A DNA stretch of 61,217 nucleotides, the filler included, from Bipalium vagum (Eukaryota): assembly GCA_037834085.1 (NCBI GenBank). It is 3 parts of 3 records of this genome, joined end to end, with 100 filler letters (N's around TTAATTAATTAA, not from the genome) between each part and the next. Parts side by side here need not be neighbours in the genome. Positions count along the whole stretch, not along the records: positions 21,332 to 44,103 come from JBBMKC010217021.1; 2 more parts are not named here. One strand, written 5' to 3'. Within the stretch, counting starts at the first letter, position 1. Each line of letters opens with the position of its first letter. This document shows positions 25,770-38,990 of the stretch, one piece after another. Made by a program: the position numbers and the translations under genes. The notes under the pieces were generated by a model, which saw only the letters and a program-made list of their open reading frames with translations, was not told where the DNA came from and did not search any database.

Positions 25770-26821
25770 TCACATGGGTCGAGAATATGGAGTGCTACGG
25801 TTATTCATTCGATCCATGCCGCCCGCTCCACCTAGACCACCACGCATCATTTTGCCACCGGCCCGTCCTGAATCTATTTTTATTATTATTTAAATCGTTC
25901 TATTTATTTTAGTTTATTTTACCAAAGCTGTTGTCGAAACCCATCGTTGGATAATCGTCAGTAAATCCACCTTCGTTGTTACCATTGAGATACATTTGGT
26001 TATACGTGTTCATCCTTGGAGCTCCACCTTGTGCACCCCGGTTAGCACCGCGATTTCCACCTCGACCGCGACCGGCACCACCGCGCTGGTTAATTTGTTG
26101 AGTCCTAATCCCACCATATCCGCCACCGTTGGGGCCGCTCATTAACGGAGTTACCATTGGCATTTGACCACCGGCCTGTTCGTTGGAATCTGGAGCCATT
26201 ACTTTTTTGACCTCAGCCAGAGCATAAGAAATATTGTAATAAGCTTCAGATGGATTTCCAATTGAATCGATTTGTAAATGAAGACGATCTCGTAGGTGGT
26301 TGTATTTCGGATCGCCGGAATTAAGTAGTTCTTGTTCTTTGTCAGGGTTTCTCAGTGAACCTGATCCCAAAATCGACATTTTCGTATTGGTTTGTTCTTG
26401 AACAGTTTTCAATGTTTTTCCAGCAGGTCCCAACAATTTTCCAACGAAATTTACGTTGGGGAATGATTCAACTGGAATATCAACTTTGGCTCTAACTTTT
26501 GTCTTTTTTCCCGTTAAGACATCAACAGTATCAATGACACCTCCTCGCAAACGAAACAATTCTGAATTAAAATATTAAATTTACTTAACGAAAAATTTTA
26601 ACATTCTAACCATTTCGAACCAGCATTGCAATATTTGGACATATCGATTCATCAACATTTTGTAATTCAGATTCATAGGCATCGATTAATCCTTGAAACT
26701 GGTTTTCTCGTTTAGGTTGCTGTTGTTGTTGCTGTTGATTACCACCCTGTTGAGATGGTTGAGTCGTTTGAGAAAATTGAGCATCAGTATTTTGTGTATA
26801 GTCTTGACTTTGAGCATCCAT
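25770..26821 (-). CDS. STAR-family KH-domain RNA-binding protein, Sam68/SLM (KHDRBS)-like
   Basis: Exons 26821-26611, 26561-25923 and 25873-25770 joined by two 49-nt GT-AG introns. Maxi-KH domain (FPNVNFVGKLLGPAGKTLK..KMSILGSGSLR), RGG boxes, and a C-terminal RSTPYSRPM PY-NLS-like tail. Confidence 0.9.
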
Positions 26822-28669
26822 TTTGATTAAATACGAAACTAAAACTTTCGCGTTGAAATAAATAAATTAGCTATTTTAAACAAATGACTTTTAAATAAAT
26901 ACTTATAAAATAGTAAATAATTAAAAATAGAAATTATTTAAATTTTCGTTTTCTAGAATTGAACTTTAAATTTTTTCACCAAAGGATTTTCCTCAGTTTT
27001 GGTGGAATGTTTATTTAATTTATTTTTAGAAAATCTAAGATTATAATAAATTCAAAAGATTAATTTTCCACCTAAACTTCTTTATAAGTTAAGTTTAGTT
27101 TAAAATAAAAAATAATGAAAACCTAACATTTCACAATCAAATTGAAATTTTTTACAACTTGAAATACAACTTAACAGTATATATGCTTAAAATTTATTAT
27201 TCATTTCTATTACCAGTTGAAAATTCATTGAAATTCTTAATTAATAAATGTTTGATTTTAATTTTGAATGTTAATCGACTCTCTTTAGACTCAATATGAT
27301 TTTTCAAATTTTTAGGTATTTCAAGGAAACTTTTTTTCACAATCACGATGTGTAGGAATTTGATTGTTCAAGAAACTGTTGTACAGACAAAACTTTTTAA
27401 ATAAGTTTCCATTGTTAAGGCTCTGTTTATTAATTTTCTATTCTGAATAAATTTTCTTTTAGAAGGAATTAAAATTTAACTTTAAATAAAATTTTCAATG
27501 AGAATGATATAAAGCATTGTTTAATGAATTAATGATAAATATCAAATTATAAATTTAAAATTTAAAAAATCTACAAACTAATTTAGAAACTTCAATTAAA
27601 ATTACAAAGAAATAGTAGCAAATCTTGATATCTTTGGAATTAAAAAATTGTTAGTGAAAAGTACAAGAGTTAACGAAAGTGCTACTTTATAAAATATAAC
27701 TTTAAGCTCTCAAATTTTCTGATCTCTAAATATTAGTTATTAATGTGTTCTTACACTGGTAAATCATAATCGTTGATAAATGAATCTAAAAATAACAGCA
27801 GTAAACCTTATTTCATAAGGTATAATAATATCAATCACAAATGTTGTTCAGTAAATCAAAAACTGTAATCGAACGATTATTATAAAAAAAAGACGAAGAT
27901 AAATAAATAACACTGGTATGACAAGAAATTTGCACTCGTAAAATTTTAAAAGTATTTAATCGATTATGCTAAGTTATGTACAAATCCAAATTTTTTTTAA
28001 TTCTATCGGACAGTTTTAAAATTATTGACATTTGAAGTAAAATTACATTTTTTTCAAATAAAATTACATACAATTTGTTTTATTGACCTTTTTTAAAAAA
28101 AAACAAGCAGGAATCTATATCGCCACAAAAAATATTGTTCAGATTTACAATCATTTAAGAAGAACAGTGAGAATGAATCAGATTATGAAGAAATAAAAGT
28201 TGAAGAATTTAGATAGTTCTTAGAAGTATTCAATAATTTTTGTAGAGAATTAAATCTCAGCAAATTAATCCAACAAATGCATTTTTATACTTAAAAAGCA
28301 TCCAGATTTGAAGAAAAAACTTATATCGGTCACTGCTTTCACTACATCTTAAATTAGACTTCTGATGGAAGATGCTGCTTTTCCAGTAACAATGTGAAAT
28401 AAGTAGCATATAGCTTGGACTAACTTTTGTTCTGTTGCTAAAGATGTGAATGAAGACTGAAAAAAAAGTCGATTTGTAAATGTATAGCTTTCAAGCTTTG
28501 GGCTGCTCAAGTGGGACCACTAAAATTAACATGTATTTTAAACACAAGGAGCAATATATTTAGATATTTTTTCCGATGAACATGAGGAAAGGCTGCACAA
28601 ATATATGCAATCAATAGAAAAGCGATATAACAAATACTTAGAAATAGAAATACAATGAATACATTTTTC

Positions 28670-29300
28670 CCAAACCTGTCTTGTTTTGGAACAGCCTTGG
28701 GCTTCTGGCCTGATTCCAACCATTGATTTCTTCTGTTCAGATTATAAAAATATATCCATTTTTCGTCGCATGTGACTATGCGATCTATAAAGCGTTCATC
28801 GAGCACTGAATAATATCGTCACTACTGCATAAATAAATCCACTTACATACCATGTTCTTTGTGTATAATCTTCTGCTAAGAAAGGCAATTAGGTGTCGAA
28901 CTTTTCGCTTGCATCAGTTCCTTCTTTCCATAGAAAAAACATGATATTTCTTTGATTGTTGACAGTGTCTTCCATGGTATAATACTAAGAAAAAACAAAA
29001 CATTATCTGTGTATGACTCATAATAATCGATTTTCATTTTCTTTGTTTGATTTCATTACCTGCTGCTTTCTACTTCTTAGACACTCAATTTATAATTTAA
29101 CAATAAAGACTCTCGTTATCAGAGTTAGTGAAAACACTTTCAACAAACTTTAACAATCCTTGTGGAAGGTAATATACTTTTTCCAACGTTCCACCAGTTT
29201 CTTTATTCATTTTCCAAGCTATTCAGAAAAGAATTGCTTTATGGAGTTCTTCAGAACTGTTTTCTCACGCTGACTCGTGAAATAAACACTAAGGAAAGGA
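28670..29300 (-). mobile_element. Mariner fragments
   Basis: RIVTCDEKWIYFYN..QWLESGQ at 28680-28805 and a mariner C-terminal remnant (KLVERWKK) near 29140-29220. Confidence 0.65.
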
Positions 29301-30116
29301 TCTGTCATAGGTGATAATTGCTGGCTCTTATGTACGACGAATACAGTGGAAGCAGTTGCCACTTCAGTTCACGGACTTTGATCATAGAAAGATTTGAGAT
29401 GTAGATTCCAACATTGCCTTGGAACAGCAAAGATTCATTCATGATTGATTTAGGAATATCCAAAATTTTCTGAAAAATATTCATGAATCCATAAAATTAC
29501 AGAGTATATTATTTTATACTTGCAATTCATATTCATATTTGCTTGAATAAACCAGTTAATTTAAATTTCAATAGATGAAATTTAAACATAGAACAACTAT
29601 TAAAAAAGATATTTACAACACTATTTTTACTACACCTGGAGCAGGGCGGTTTACAATTAAAAAACCTGTTGGAGTTATCAACTATTAATACAATAGAAAT
29701 GTTTAATAATCTAACCCAGTTTATTGAAAAAAAATGCTTCTTTTTTTAAGCTTAAAAGAACTAATGAAATAAAATATGAAGCAATTGACGAAGTGGAAAT
29801 TTCAATTATTAATTATATTATTCATACACGATTAATTTGATTTTCATTCTTTTTTAAACATTAAAAGTTTTTTTCTAAATTCAATTCATAATATAATTGG
29901 TAATTATTTCGTATAATTTATAGCTTTCTTCTTACCATTTTATCTCATATTTTAATTAAAAAACCCTGTTTTTATTTAATAGACCAACAGAATTTTCGGA
30001 TTTATTATAGTTGAGGTGCCTGAAAAAATTTTGTTTAAGTTAACTATTTAAATCCATTAATTAACATTTTTAAATTAAAAATTTTATAATTTAATTTTAA
30101 AATACTTAAATAATAT

Positions 30117-30340
30117 GGTAATTCGGGCATTATTACACGAAAAAGAATTTTAAAGTAAGACAATTTATATATCTCCATCCATATATGATTGGAAGACAAT
30201 TTTTTTGGATGAAATTCAGTGTATCAAATTTTTGTTGAATCGAAATATTTAAAACTCCATAAAAATATGTCAATTTTGTGCCAAACCTTTAAAACGGAAA
30301 TTGAAAAAAGATTTGCGGAGATGTGCAGATTATAAATGCT
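30117..30340 (+). mobile_element. 5' fragment of a Merlin (IS1016/ISXO2-like) DNA transposon
   Basis: GGTAAT terminus followed by YDWKTIFLDEIQCIKFLL..ICQFCAKPL..LRRCADYKC, resembling the N-terminal zinc ribbon of Merlin transposases. Truncated. Confidence 0.5.
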
Positions 30341-31247
30341 ACTAGACCTCTATTATTATGTATATGTGTAACTAGATTAATTTGAAGTCGATCTCCGGAA
30401 GACTGGGATCATTCCAAACGATCACAATTAAATGAAAATAGGGAAGTTCACTTATCATTTAGAAAATTTTCACTAACAATTTGTCTTTTAAATGATAGTA
30501 CGACCATATTAAACTGCTCAAATACACGATTTCCTCCGATGTTATGCATATGACTTTATTAACAAAAATCAATATTTTTAATATAAAATTAACAAGCACT
30601 TTAAAACACTAAAAGTACTATTTTTTTTCAAAATTATTTTTAGATGATAACCAACGCATATGGACAGAAATGACGACTATTTGGAATTTTTAAATAAAAA
30701 TATTAATAACTTTAAAGTAAAAAAATCTATCTCAAATTACAATCAATAAACAAAGTCTGCTAAATTTCTGTCTTTATATGTATAATTTATGAACAAAAAT
30801 ACATACTCATATCGACAAAATTAATAAAAAATTAACAAAGTCACATAATTTATGTACCATTTAAATCCATTTAAGCCTCGTCTACACTGGCTCTTTCAAT
30901 TCGAGAAGCATGTTTAGTGAGACATTTGATAACATCTGCTCCTGCTCTGCGATACCTTCACATGATGTAAAATTATAAATGCATAATTAAATCCAGCAAT
31001 TAAGCAATGTCAAAGTTGAATATTATTTGCATTTTACAGTTTTATTATTACGATCGACAAAATTAATCTTTTGTAAATTAATCATTTTTAAAGTGAACTT
31101 GAGACTAATTAAAACAAATATTAATTAATTATTTTTTGATTAAATATTCGATCTAAAAATCAATATTTAAATATTTTATGATTTTCAATTATAAATAAGT
31201 GGAATATATTTTATAAAAATGTATAAAATGTGATTGATAATGGTCAT

Positions 31248-32291
31248 ATGTTTCGGTCAAGTAAATCGTCAATTTCCGAAAAGTCAGAGTATCTGGTGGA
31301 TATTGATATTTTAATATCAAAATTAATTGAGGGGGGCCACCTTGGAGACCGTATCCAATTATCCTCATCTGAGTGCAAAGCGATCGCCGTTGTTATTCGT
31401 TCGGAATTTGATTCAAGCATATGTATTTATGTTAATGGCCCGGTTAATATTTGTGGAGACATTCATGGGCAATATTCAGATTTAATAAGAATTTTTGATT
31501 TGTGTGGATATCCTCCAGATAGTAGGTATTTGTTTCTAGGAGATTATGTGGACAGGGGACGACGGGGACTCGAAGTTTTGATGTTATTATTCTCTTATAA
31601 AATAAAGTATCCAAAATCGGTTTACCTGCTCCGAGGAAATCATGAATGCGAACGAGTGAGTAGAGTTTACGGTTTTCGACAAGAAATCAAAGAAAGATTT
31701 AAGTCCAGCAAAGTGTGGAAAACATTTATCAGAACTTTTGAGTTCATGCCACTTTGTGCAATTATAGAAAAGACAGTATTTTGCTGTCATGGAGGTTTAT
31801 CGCCGATATTACTGAGTAAAAATTGCAAAACAATTGAAGATGTATTTAGCCAGTTTTCGTTACCTGCCGAAATACCGAGTGAAGGCCTACTTTGTGATTT
31901 AGTATGGTCCGATCCGATGGATCAGACAAACAAATTTGAACCAAAAGGATGGATAAAAAGTAGACGAGGATGTTCATGGAATTTTGGATATGATGTTATC
32001 AATGAATTCTTAGGAAAATACCATCTCGACTTGATTGTGAGAGGTCATCAGGTCGTGGTCGATGGATACGAATTCTATTGCAATCGTTCTTTAGTAACAG
32101 TATTCAGTGCTCCCAGATATTGTGGAGAGTTCGATAATGCTGCCGCAATTTTCGTTTTGGAAAAAGAAAAAAACAAGGATGAACCAACCTCTTTGGAAGG
32201 ATCGTTTAAAATTTTATTACCAGATTACAATATTCCGCACCAGTGGTTCAGGAACTTGAAACCAAAAAAAGAATTCGGATTTTTCAGTTAA
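31248..32291 (+). CDS. Intronless PP1-like Ser/Thr protein phosphatase (PPP family)
   Basis: Intact GDIHG, GDYVDRG, LRGNHE, HGG, DLVWSDP, RGHQ and SAPRYCGEFDN motifs. First in-frame ATG at 31248. Confidence 0.93.
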   Translation: MFRSSKSSISEKSEYLVDIDILISKLIEGGHLGDRIQLSSSECKAIAVVIRSEFDSSICIYVNGPVNICGDIHGQYSDLIRIFDLCGYPPDSRYLFLGDYVDRGRRGLEVLMLLFSYKIKYPKSVYLLRGNHECERVSRVYGFRQEIKERFKSSKVWKTFIRTFEFMPLCAIIEKTVFCCHGGLSPILLSKNCKTIEDVFSQFSLPAEIPSEGLLCDLVWSDPMDQTNKFEPKGWIKSRRGCSWNFGYDVINEFLGKYHLDLIVRGHQVVVDGYEFYCNRSLVTVFSAPRYCGEFDNAAAIFVLEKEKNKDEPTSLEGSFKILLPDYNIPHQWFRNLKPKKEFGFFS

Positions 32292-33912
32292 AATTCCGTT
32301 TGATCTCAAGAATTTTTTTCTGAATATATTATTTGGTGACTAAAACGTTTTAAGTGAATTTTTTATTTTATAAATTCATATATTGACAATCAAGTTTGAT
32401 CTCACCTTAAAACATGATTGAGAAAGTTAACACAAATAGAGAAAATGTATGAATGAAAAATGAAAATATAAATAAATAAAAATATAATAGAAAAAGCTGA
32501 ACTTTTAAAGTTTTCTCATTCGAAAAGAACCGGATTGTTTGTGCTTCAGCAGAATGTTTCTTCGCCTTTGTCAGGCTATTTTCCGGGATTTTTGGGTAAG
32601 AAATTGACCTGTGCTACGCTTGTATGAAAGTCAAAATTCCGATACTAGTGTTTCCCTTCTGCACATTTTCCATGAAATCAGAAATCCGAGCGCAATCAGA
32701 ACGTCTGTTTTGTTGCCTTGTTTCTGTCATAGCCTCATAGTCTCTATTGCACTTTTCCAGTTATGTGTTGAACAGTTTTAACAGTGTTCAAAGAGCATTA
32801 AGAGGTGATTATAATATCACTATTTTAATAGCCGGGTTGTATCATCATGATACAAGTTATTATTTTCCATGATTCAGGTAGGTTCCAGCCATCTATTATC
32901 TTTTTCATTACGTGACTGACTTAAAAAGGGATTAAATTTTTACTGGAAGCGTTGTTTATGTAACCACTTTTAACAAATATTGGTAAACAATTCATTTTTT
33001 ATTATGTCAAATGTATCCCGAACACTCAGTAAGTAATTATCAAAACACAAAAAGGAATTTCTCAGCAAATGAAATATTTTACTAATTTGAAAACAAATAA
33101 AAAAGTTCTTTCTTTAAACAGATATTTGAAACATAATATTAAAATAAAACAATTTTTTTATTATCGTTTTGATCAAAAAGAGGTATTTTAAATATTTTAA
33201 AAAGAACAGTTGTCTACACTTCGATAAGATAGGAAGCTTTGAATAGGATGTCTTACCTCACCAGCCATAATCGTACCAAATGATTAACAATCATTGTCTA
33301 AATGCAGATTGGTCTTTCTGAACAAAACTTCAACAATCATTATGATGTCGAGAAATGTTTGATTATTGGGTAAATTCTAGGAGAAGAAATTTTTTCTTAT
33401 AGTGAAATTGATTTGTTGCCATTAGGTTGGGGAAATGTTATTAGCAATGATGGATGCTATTTTGAATGAAATTTCATGTAAAAATAAATGTATGTGTACC
33501 TTTTGTTTAATTTTCTTCTTATTATTAAGAACAACGAGTATTAATGCAACTACTCAATTTTTATTATCAGAACAACTTTTAATATGTAAAATATAAAAAG
33601 AAAAATATTTTAAAACTTCATTTTCAATTTTTTATTTTCATCACTTCCAATTTTTAGGTAGAAAAATTTACCAGATGAATAATACATTATTATATATTTT
33701 TAATATATAATAAATATAAATTAAAACTAAGCATTAAAATTTTTTCTTTTTAACCATTAAACATTTATATTAATAAATAAATTTACTTCTGTTTTTTTCC
33801 ATTTTCACAAGATAAAATATTTATTAAAAATGAATATTCTAATTTTCAATTTTTTTTTAAAAAGAAAAAAATTGGCGTGAAAAAAAACCAATGGTAACAG
33901 AGTTTGAAATTG

Positions 33913-34093
33913 GTTGCTTGATAAATTATATGCTTGTCATAATCATGAAATATAATGCTAAAAATCGAAAAAACATTATAAAGCACCAAATATTAAGAAG
34001 TAACCGATACAAACTACTGTTCAAAAAATTAAGTCAATATCGTACGAACATAAAAATTACATAAATTTATTGGAATTTTATCTTGACTACATA

Positions 34094-34158
<65 letters not shown>
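33913..34158 (+). repeat. ~190-bp repeat unit plus (TAA)n tail; inverted copy at 36584-36769
   Basis: Aligns by eye with the reverse complement of 36584-36769 with long exact blocks. (TAA)n microsatellite at ~34098-34158. Confidence 0.85.
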
Positions 34159-34575
34159 GCTATTATTGTTGGCTATTAAAAATAATTAAATAATAAGTAA
34201 TTATTTTAAATTTATTTATATTAATGAATAAATTTATTTCTCTTTTTTCATTTTCATAAGATAAATATTTATTAAAAAGAAATTCAATTTTTAAAAAAAT
34301 TTTTAAAAAGAAAAAAATAGGCGTTAAAATATTAATAGTAACAGAGTTAAATTACTATTAAAATAAATAAATATTGGTAATAAATTAAGGTGATGGTAAT
34401 AATGGTAATAAATTATATACTTTAAATTAATAAAAAAATATTTGTTCTGATTAAGTTTTTTATAATTTTTCATTAATTATCGTCATCGATTTAAGAAATA
34501 TCAAACATTTTGATGTTACTATTTATTCATGACAATAGAGAAAAGTAATAGTAATTATCGTTTAGTCGTAGAAGA

Positions 34576-35298
34576 CTAAAGGTATGGTAATAGCAAATTG
34601 GTCTCACAAGCATGACCACCAGCTACATCGGTTGTAGTTTTGACAGATAAGCCAAATAGGGATAATGATGTTACAACCTTTGGTGAATTCACGCAAGAAC
34701 TATGTTTGTTACTCGACCAATATTTTGGATCTATCAGTATTTTGGAATTGATCCATCGATAAGATCCAGATAAATTCGTTGAATAAGTTAAGCAACCACC
34801 TCCTACCCATATTGAGTCTAGTGGAAGTAATGGCTTCGACGTTTGAAATAATTCTGTACTTGTCAATTCAGCAAGAACCATGTCATTGTTTTGACATTCT
34901 TTTATGGCATTATCATATGATTCTGAGCTCAGCAAACCTTTCTTAAGGCTCAAAAACTTGACAGCCAAATAGTCTTCTCCAATATCAGTGAAATTTCTCT
35001 TATAAAACACCTGAAACAGACTGGTACAATTATTTACATTGGATATTACAGCCTGATTCGCGTAATTAGTACAAACATCGTTAGTGATCGTATATCCCGA
35101 GCAGGCATCCTTTTGGTCGGAGCACCATGATGCACAACGCACAGAGGTTGATTGGTAAAAGGATCTTGACGTCGAATACATCATTTCTATCAAACAAGTT
35201 GGTAACATTATTTTATAATACATGTAATTATTCATCTGGCAATACAAACCCTTCTGGAAACCCAAGAGAAGCCACGTTACTCTCGTTAATAAAAACAT
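34576..35298 (-). CDS. Secreted PAN/apple-like + C-type lectin-like domain protein
   Basis: 240-aa intronless ORF with signal-like N-terminus. CASWC..CSGY..C PAN-like segment followed by CTLD hallmarks (SYDNAIKEC..LAEL, IWVGG, YRWIN, HACE). Confidence 0.75.
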   Translation of the reverse strand: MFLLTRVTWLLLGFQKGLYCQMNNYMYYKIMLPTCLIEMMYSTSRSFYQSTSVRCASWCSDQKDACSGYTITNDVCTNYANQAVISNVNNCTSLFQVFYKRNFTDIGEDYLAVKFLSLKKGLLSSESYDNAIKECQNNDMVLAELTSTELFQTSKPLLPLDSIWVGGGCLTYSTNLSGSYRWINSKILIDPKYWSSNKHSSCVNSPKVVTSLSLFGLSVKTTTDVAGGHACETNLLLPYL

Positions 35299-35671
35299 TC
35301 AGATAGAACAAATGATTATCCATTACACAGACTGATAGATTTATATAATTTATTGTGTAACGTTAAGAAAAAGCTCTTCGGTCGATTGAAGAGAAAAATA
35401 ATTAATTACCTGAATTAAATTAATGAATTTTATTTGTTTTGGTACAAATTAACAATCTCTTTATTTGTTTAAATGGATAAGTTGTTTATTTGTTTAAATG
35501 AATAAGTTTAAAGTCGAAATGTTACAATGAATTGTTCTACAATAATAAGTACTGTATTAAAATAATAATTGATTAAATTTGTAGAATAAAAATGTCGGAG
35601 CAATATATATTATAGCTTTATAACAATATTTCTTGACTAAAGATAAATAGCAATCTCTAATTAGCAAAGAA

Positions 35672-36430
35672 TTAATTAGCTGGCTTGACAATTTGAAATG
35701 AACATTGTAAGTTTTCATCAACACTCATAAGCGCAGCTGCATTATCAAATTCGTTGCAATAGTTTGGGGCTGAAAAGATTGTGACCAACTTTCTATTAGC
35801 AAAGAATTCATATCCATTTTGAACGACTTGATGAGCTCTACACACAAGTTCCAGATCATTATTTACAAGAAATCCCAAAAGGACTTTGTTTCCAAAACAA
35901 TAGCTGACACCTCTTTCATTTGCATCATAGTAATCCACAAACTTTGAAGGATCAGACCATAATAAATCACATTCGAATCCATAATCTCCAACTTCAGCAG
36001 GCCTTTTACATGTATTTATAATGCTAATATCGTTCAAGTGTGGGAATATTCCTCCATGGCAGCAAAATATTCTTGAAACAATAACAGCAGCAAGAGGAAG
36101 ATAGTTGAAGCAATCTGTAATTTTTTTTTATCTTTTCATGTTATATTTTCTTTTACATTCCTCTAAAAAAACCAATAAAACCTATTTATATTTGAACATT
36201 CATGACCATGTATATCTCCTGCAATTTTCACTGGAGTAAATAATTCCAATAAAACTAATTGCTGTCTGAACACACCTTTTGCAAATTGACATAATTTTTG
36301 TATTTCTTGAAAAGTCAAAGAGTTTTCACAAATCTTTCCAGGAAGCTGCTTCTTTTTACTTGTTTTCTTTCCAACTTTCATCAATTTATTTATACAGTTA
36401 TCTAAGAAATCATGAGTAGTAGTATTGTAC
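35672..36430 (-). pseudogene. PP1 catalytic subunit pseudogene (intronless, internally deleted)
   Basis: GDIHG is fused directly to HECSNINRFY, so the GDYVDRG region is missing; stops and a frameshift follow. The C-terminal half retains CCHGG, DLLWSDP, RGVSY, CRAHQVV and [11 protein letters not shown]. Confidence 0.88.
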
Positions 36431-36583
36431 TAATTGGAAATAATAAGTTATTATTTATTTTTAATATGGTGCAGATCATTATCTGATTCTTATGATTTTG
36501 GAAATATATTCTTTCATCAAAAATATATTATTATTATTATTCATTATTATTATAATTATAATTATTTATCATTATTATATTAT

Positions 36584-36769
36584 ATTATATTATGTAGTCA
36601 AGATAAAATTCCAATAAATTTATATAATTTTTATTTTCGTACAATATTGACAATTTTTTGAACAGTAGTTTGTATCGGTTTCTTCTTAATATTTGGTGCT
36701 GTATAATGTTTTGCCGATTTTTAGCATTATATTTCATGGCTGTGACAAGGACATAATTTATCATGCAAC
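36584..36769 (-). repeat. Inverted copy of the 33913-34100 repeat
   Basis: Reverse complement matches 33913-34100, e.g. catgaaatataatgctaaaaatcg, accgatacaaactactgttcaaaaaatt, taaatttattggaattttatcttgactacataatataat. Confidence 0.85.
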
Positions 36770-37962
36770 AGAAGGGTGCACCATTTCTGATCCAAATTTT
36801 AACGTTAGTTATATTTGTAATAAAGTCAAAATAACAATTTATTTTAAATATCTGAATATCTAATGGAAGTTTATACAAGTCGAGAAATGATATTTGTTTA
36901 AATCAATAATATTAGAAGGCGCAATAAATGAATAGCTCAAAATTACATTTGAGACTAATGCTTTTATTCGATGTACGGAAAACAGTAGAGGAAGCTTATC
37001 AAATGCTTGAGAAAATATGTGCTTATGAGGCTCAATCGTTGTCACACTGCAAATTCTGGCTTACCAGATTTAAATCAGACGATTTCTATTTAAATGATAA
37101 AGAAAAATAAGGTCAGCAAAAGTAATTTGAAGATTGTGAATTGCAAGATGTAATGACAATCCTGCTCAAACAAAGAAACAGTTGGCTATGACAATAAACA
37201 CACAGGTTAACAATTTCCATTCGGCTAAATGTAATAGCAAAAATTCAAAAGGAATGAAAATGGGTTCTTTATAATTTGAGTGAAAGTGGTATCTGTAATC
37301 ATTTAAGTACAGGTACATCTTTATTTGCCAGACAGAGAAAGTAGTTTTTTATGGTGAATTGTTATGGACAATGAAAAATGGATTTATTTCCATAATCTTA
37401 AGCGAAAGAAATCATGGCTTGACCCAGAGCAGGCATCAACCACAATGCGCAAGAATTCTAATATGAAAGTTATGTTTCGTATTTAGTAAGATATGGGGAA
37501 TATGTTGTATAATATACTTTTGAGATCGAAGGAAACAGTTATGGGGGAACTATATCAATATTAACTAAACTGATGAATCGATTAAAACAAGATCTGCAAT
37601 AGCCAGTAATCGACATAAATATATTATTTTGTATGGCAATGCAAGACCAATTTTTACTTCAATCACCAAGCAAACGCTGCTAGGCCTGCAATGTGAGATC
37701 CTTCCGGCACCCAGTGTACTCTCCAAACATAGTTTCAACAGATTTTTATTCTTTCAGGTCAATATCACAGTCTCTGGATGATATGGAATTCAATTAATAT
37801 TTTAATTTTTCAAAATTTGGTAGCCACTGAATACCCATGTTGCCAAATTTATGGGAGAAAATCATTTTAAATGGTGGAAAGTACTTTGACTGATTTTAAC
37901 GAGTTTATTTGTCATAAAATAAAAATTTGTTTAAAAAATCTGAAATTGAAACATCCTTCTAA
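36768..37962 (+). mobile_element. Degenerate mariner, near full length
   Basis: ATG 36928 gives MNSSKLHLRLMLLF..WLTRFKSDDFYLNDKE, followed by remnants NEKWIYFHN, YGNARP, YSPNIVSTDFYSF and NGGKYFD. Decayed TIRs (agaagggtg / catccttct). Confidence 0.75.
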
Positions 37963-38074
37963 TGTTTTAAAGAATATATAATCGTCTGATAATAATAATT
38001 GATTATTGATACTAATAAATATAATATATTATTATTATTATCAATAAGACTATTAATATTTTAACTTTATAAAT

Positions 38075-38990
38075 TTGTTTTCATTTACAATGTTTTTGAG
38101 TTTTGGAAAGGTAGATGAAGATATGATTTTTCGACCTATTATGCTTCTTTATTTTCAAAAAGAAATATATGCTGCAAAGCGACCAGAAAAAAAAATTCAA
38201 TTCTCACAGAAAGGACGCAGTTATAGATCCAAATGTTTTAGGTATAGTTTGCGTCTTGGTAATATCAGCCCTGAAGTACACTTTATCTGGATGGCCATCT
38301 ACAGTTCATAATGACAAAATCAGTGCACTGATTTAGAATAAACCCCAATTAAAGTTATGCTAAATGTAGACCATTCCACAATTGGAACACACTTAAAATC
38401 ACTTTGATTGATAAAAGACATGTTTAGGTTCCATGTGTATTATCAGTATTATTATGACTGAATTTTTGATTGCACATTTTACTGAATAAACCCTGAGGTT
38501 CTATCAATTACCGTGCAGAAGCAGTTGATAAGGCTGTGCTTATAAGTGTTTACATTTCAAAAAAACGGATTATGTTTAAAATTAATAATTTACGCAAAAT
38601 CAGATATGAGATAATCAACATCAATCAATATTTGCTCATCTTTAATGATCTCATAGCAACAAAAAGGGAGTCAATTTTAAAACAAATTGTTATAGAAAAT
38701 GGAAAATGGATCCTGTACATTATGTACAATAAAAAGGGCTTTGGAAAATGAAACATGGGGGTTTGGTAACAACTCTGAAAACAGAGCTACAAAAAGAAGG
38801 TAATTTTGTGTATGTTGATGGGTTTGGAGGGAATAATCTATCATAAACTTCTACCAAGCAGCAAAACAATACGTTCTGAGCGTTACTGTGTACATTTTCA
38901 ATCACAATAATCCACTTTTATCAATAAATTATATATAAATTTCTGAACCTGATTTAACATCGTAGGATAATGTTTGATATGAAGTGCGAA
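38075..38990 (+). mobile_element. Highly degenerate mariner
   Basis: FRPIMLLYFQK, IVIENGKWILY and KVILC..GIIYHKLL remnants. Confidence 0.6.
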
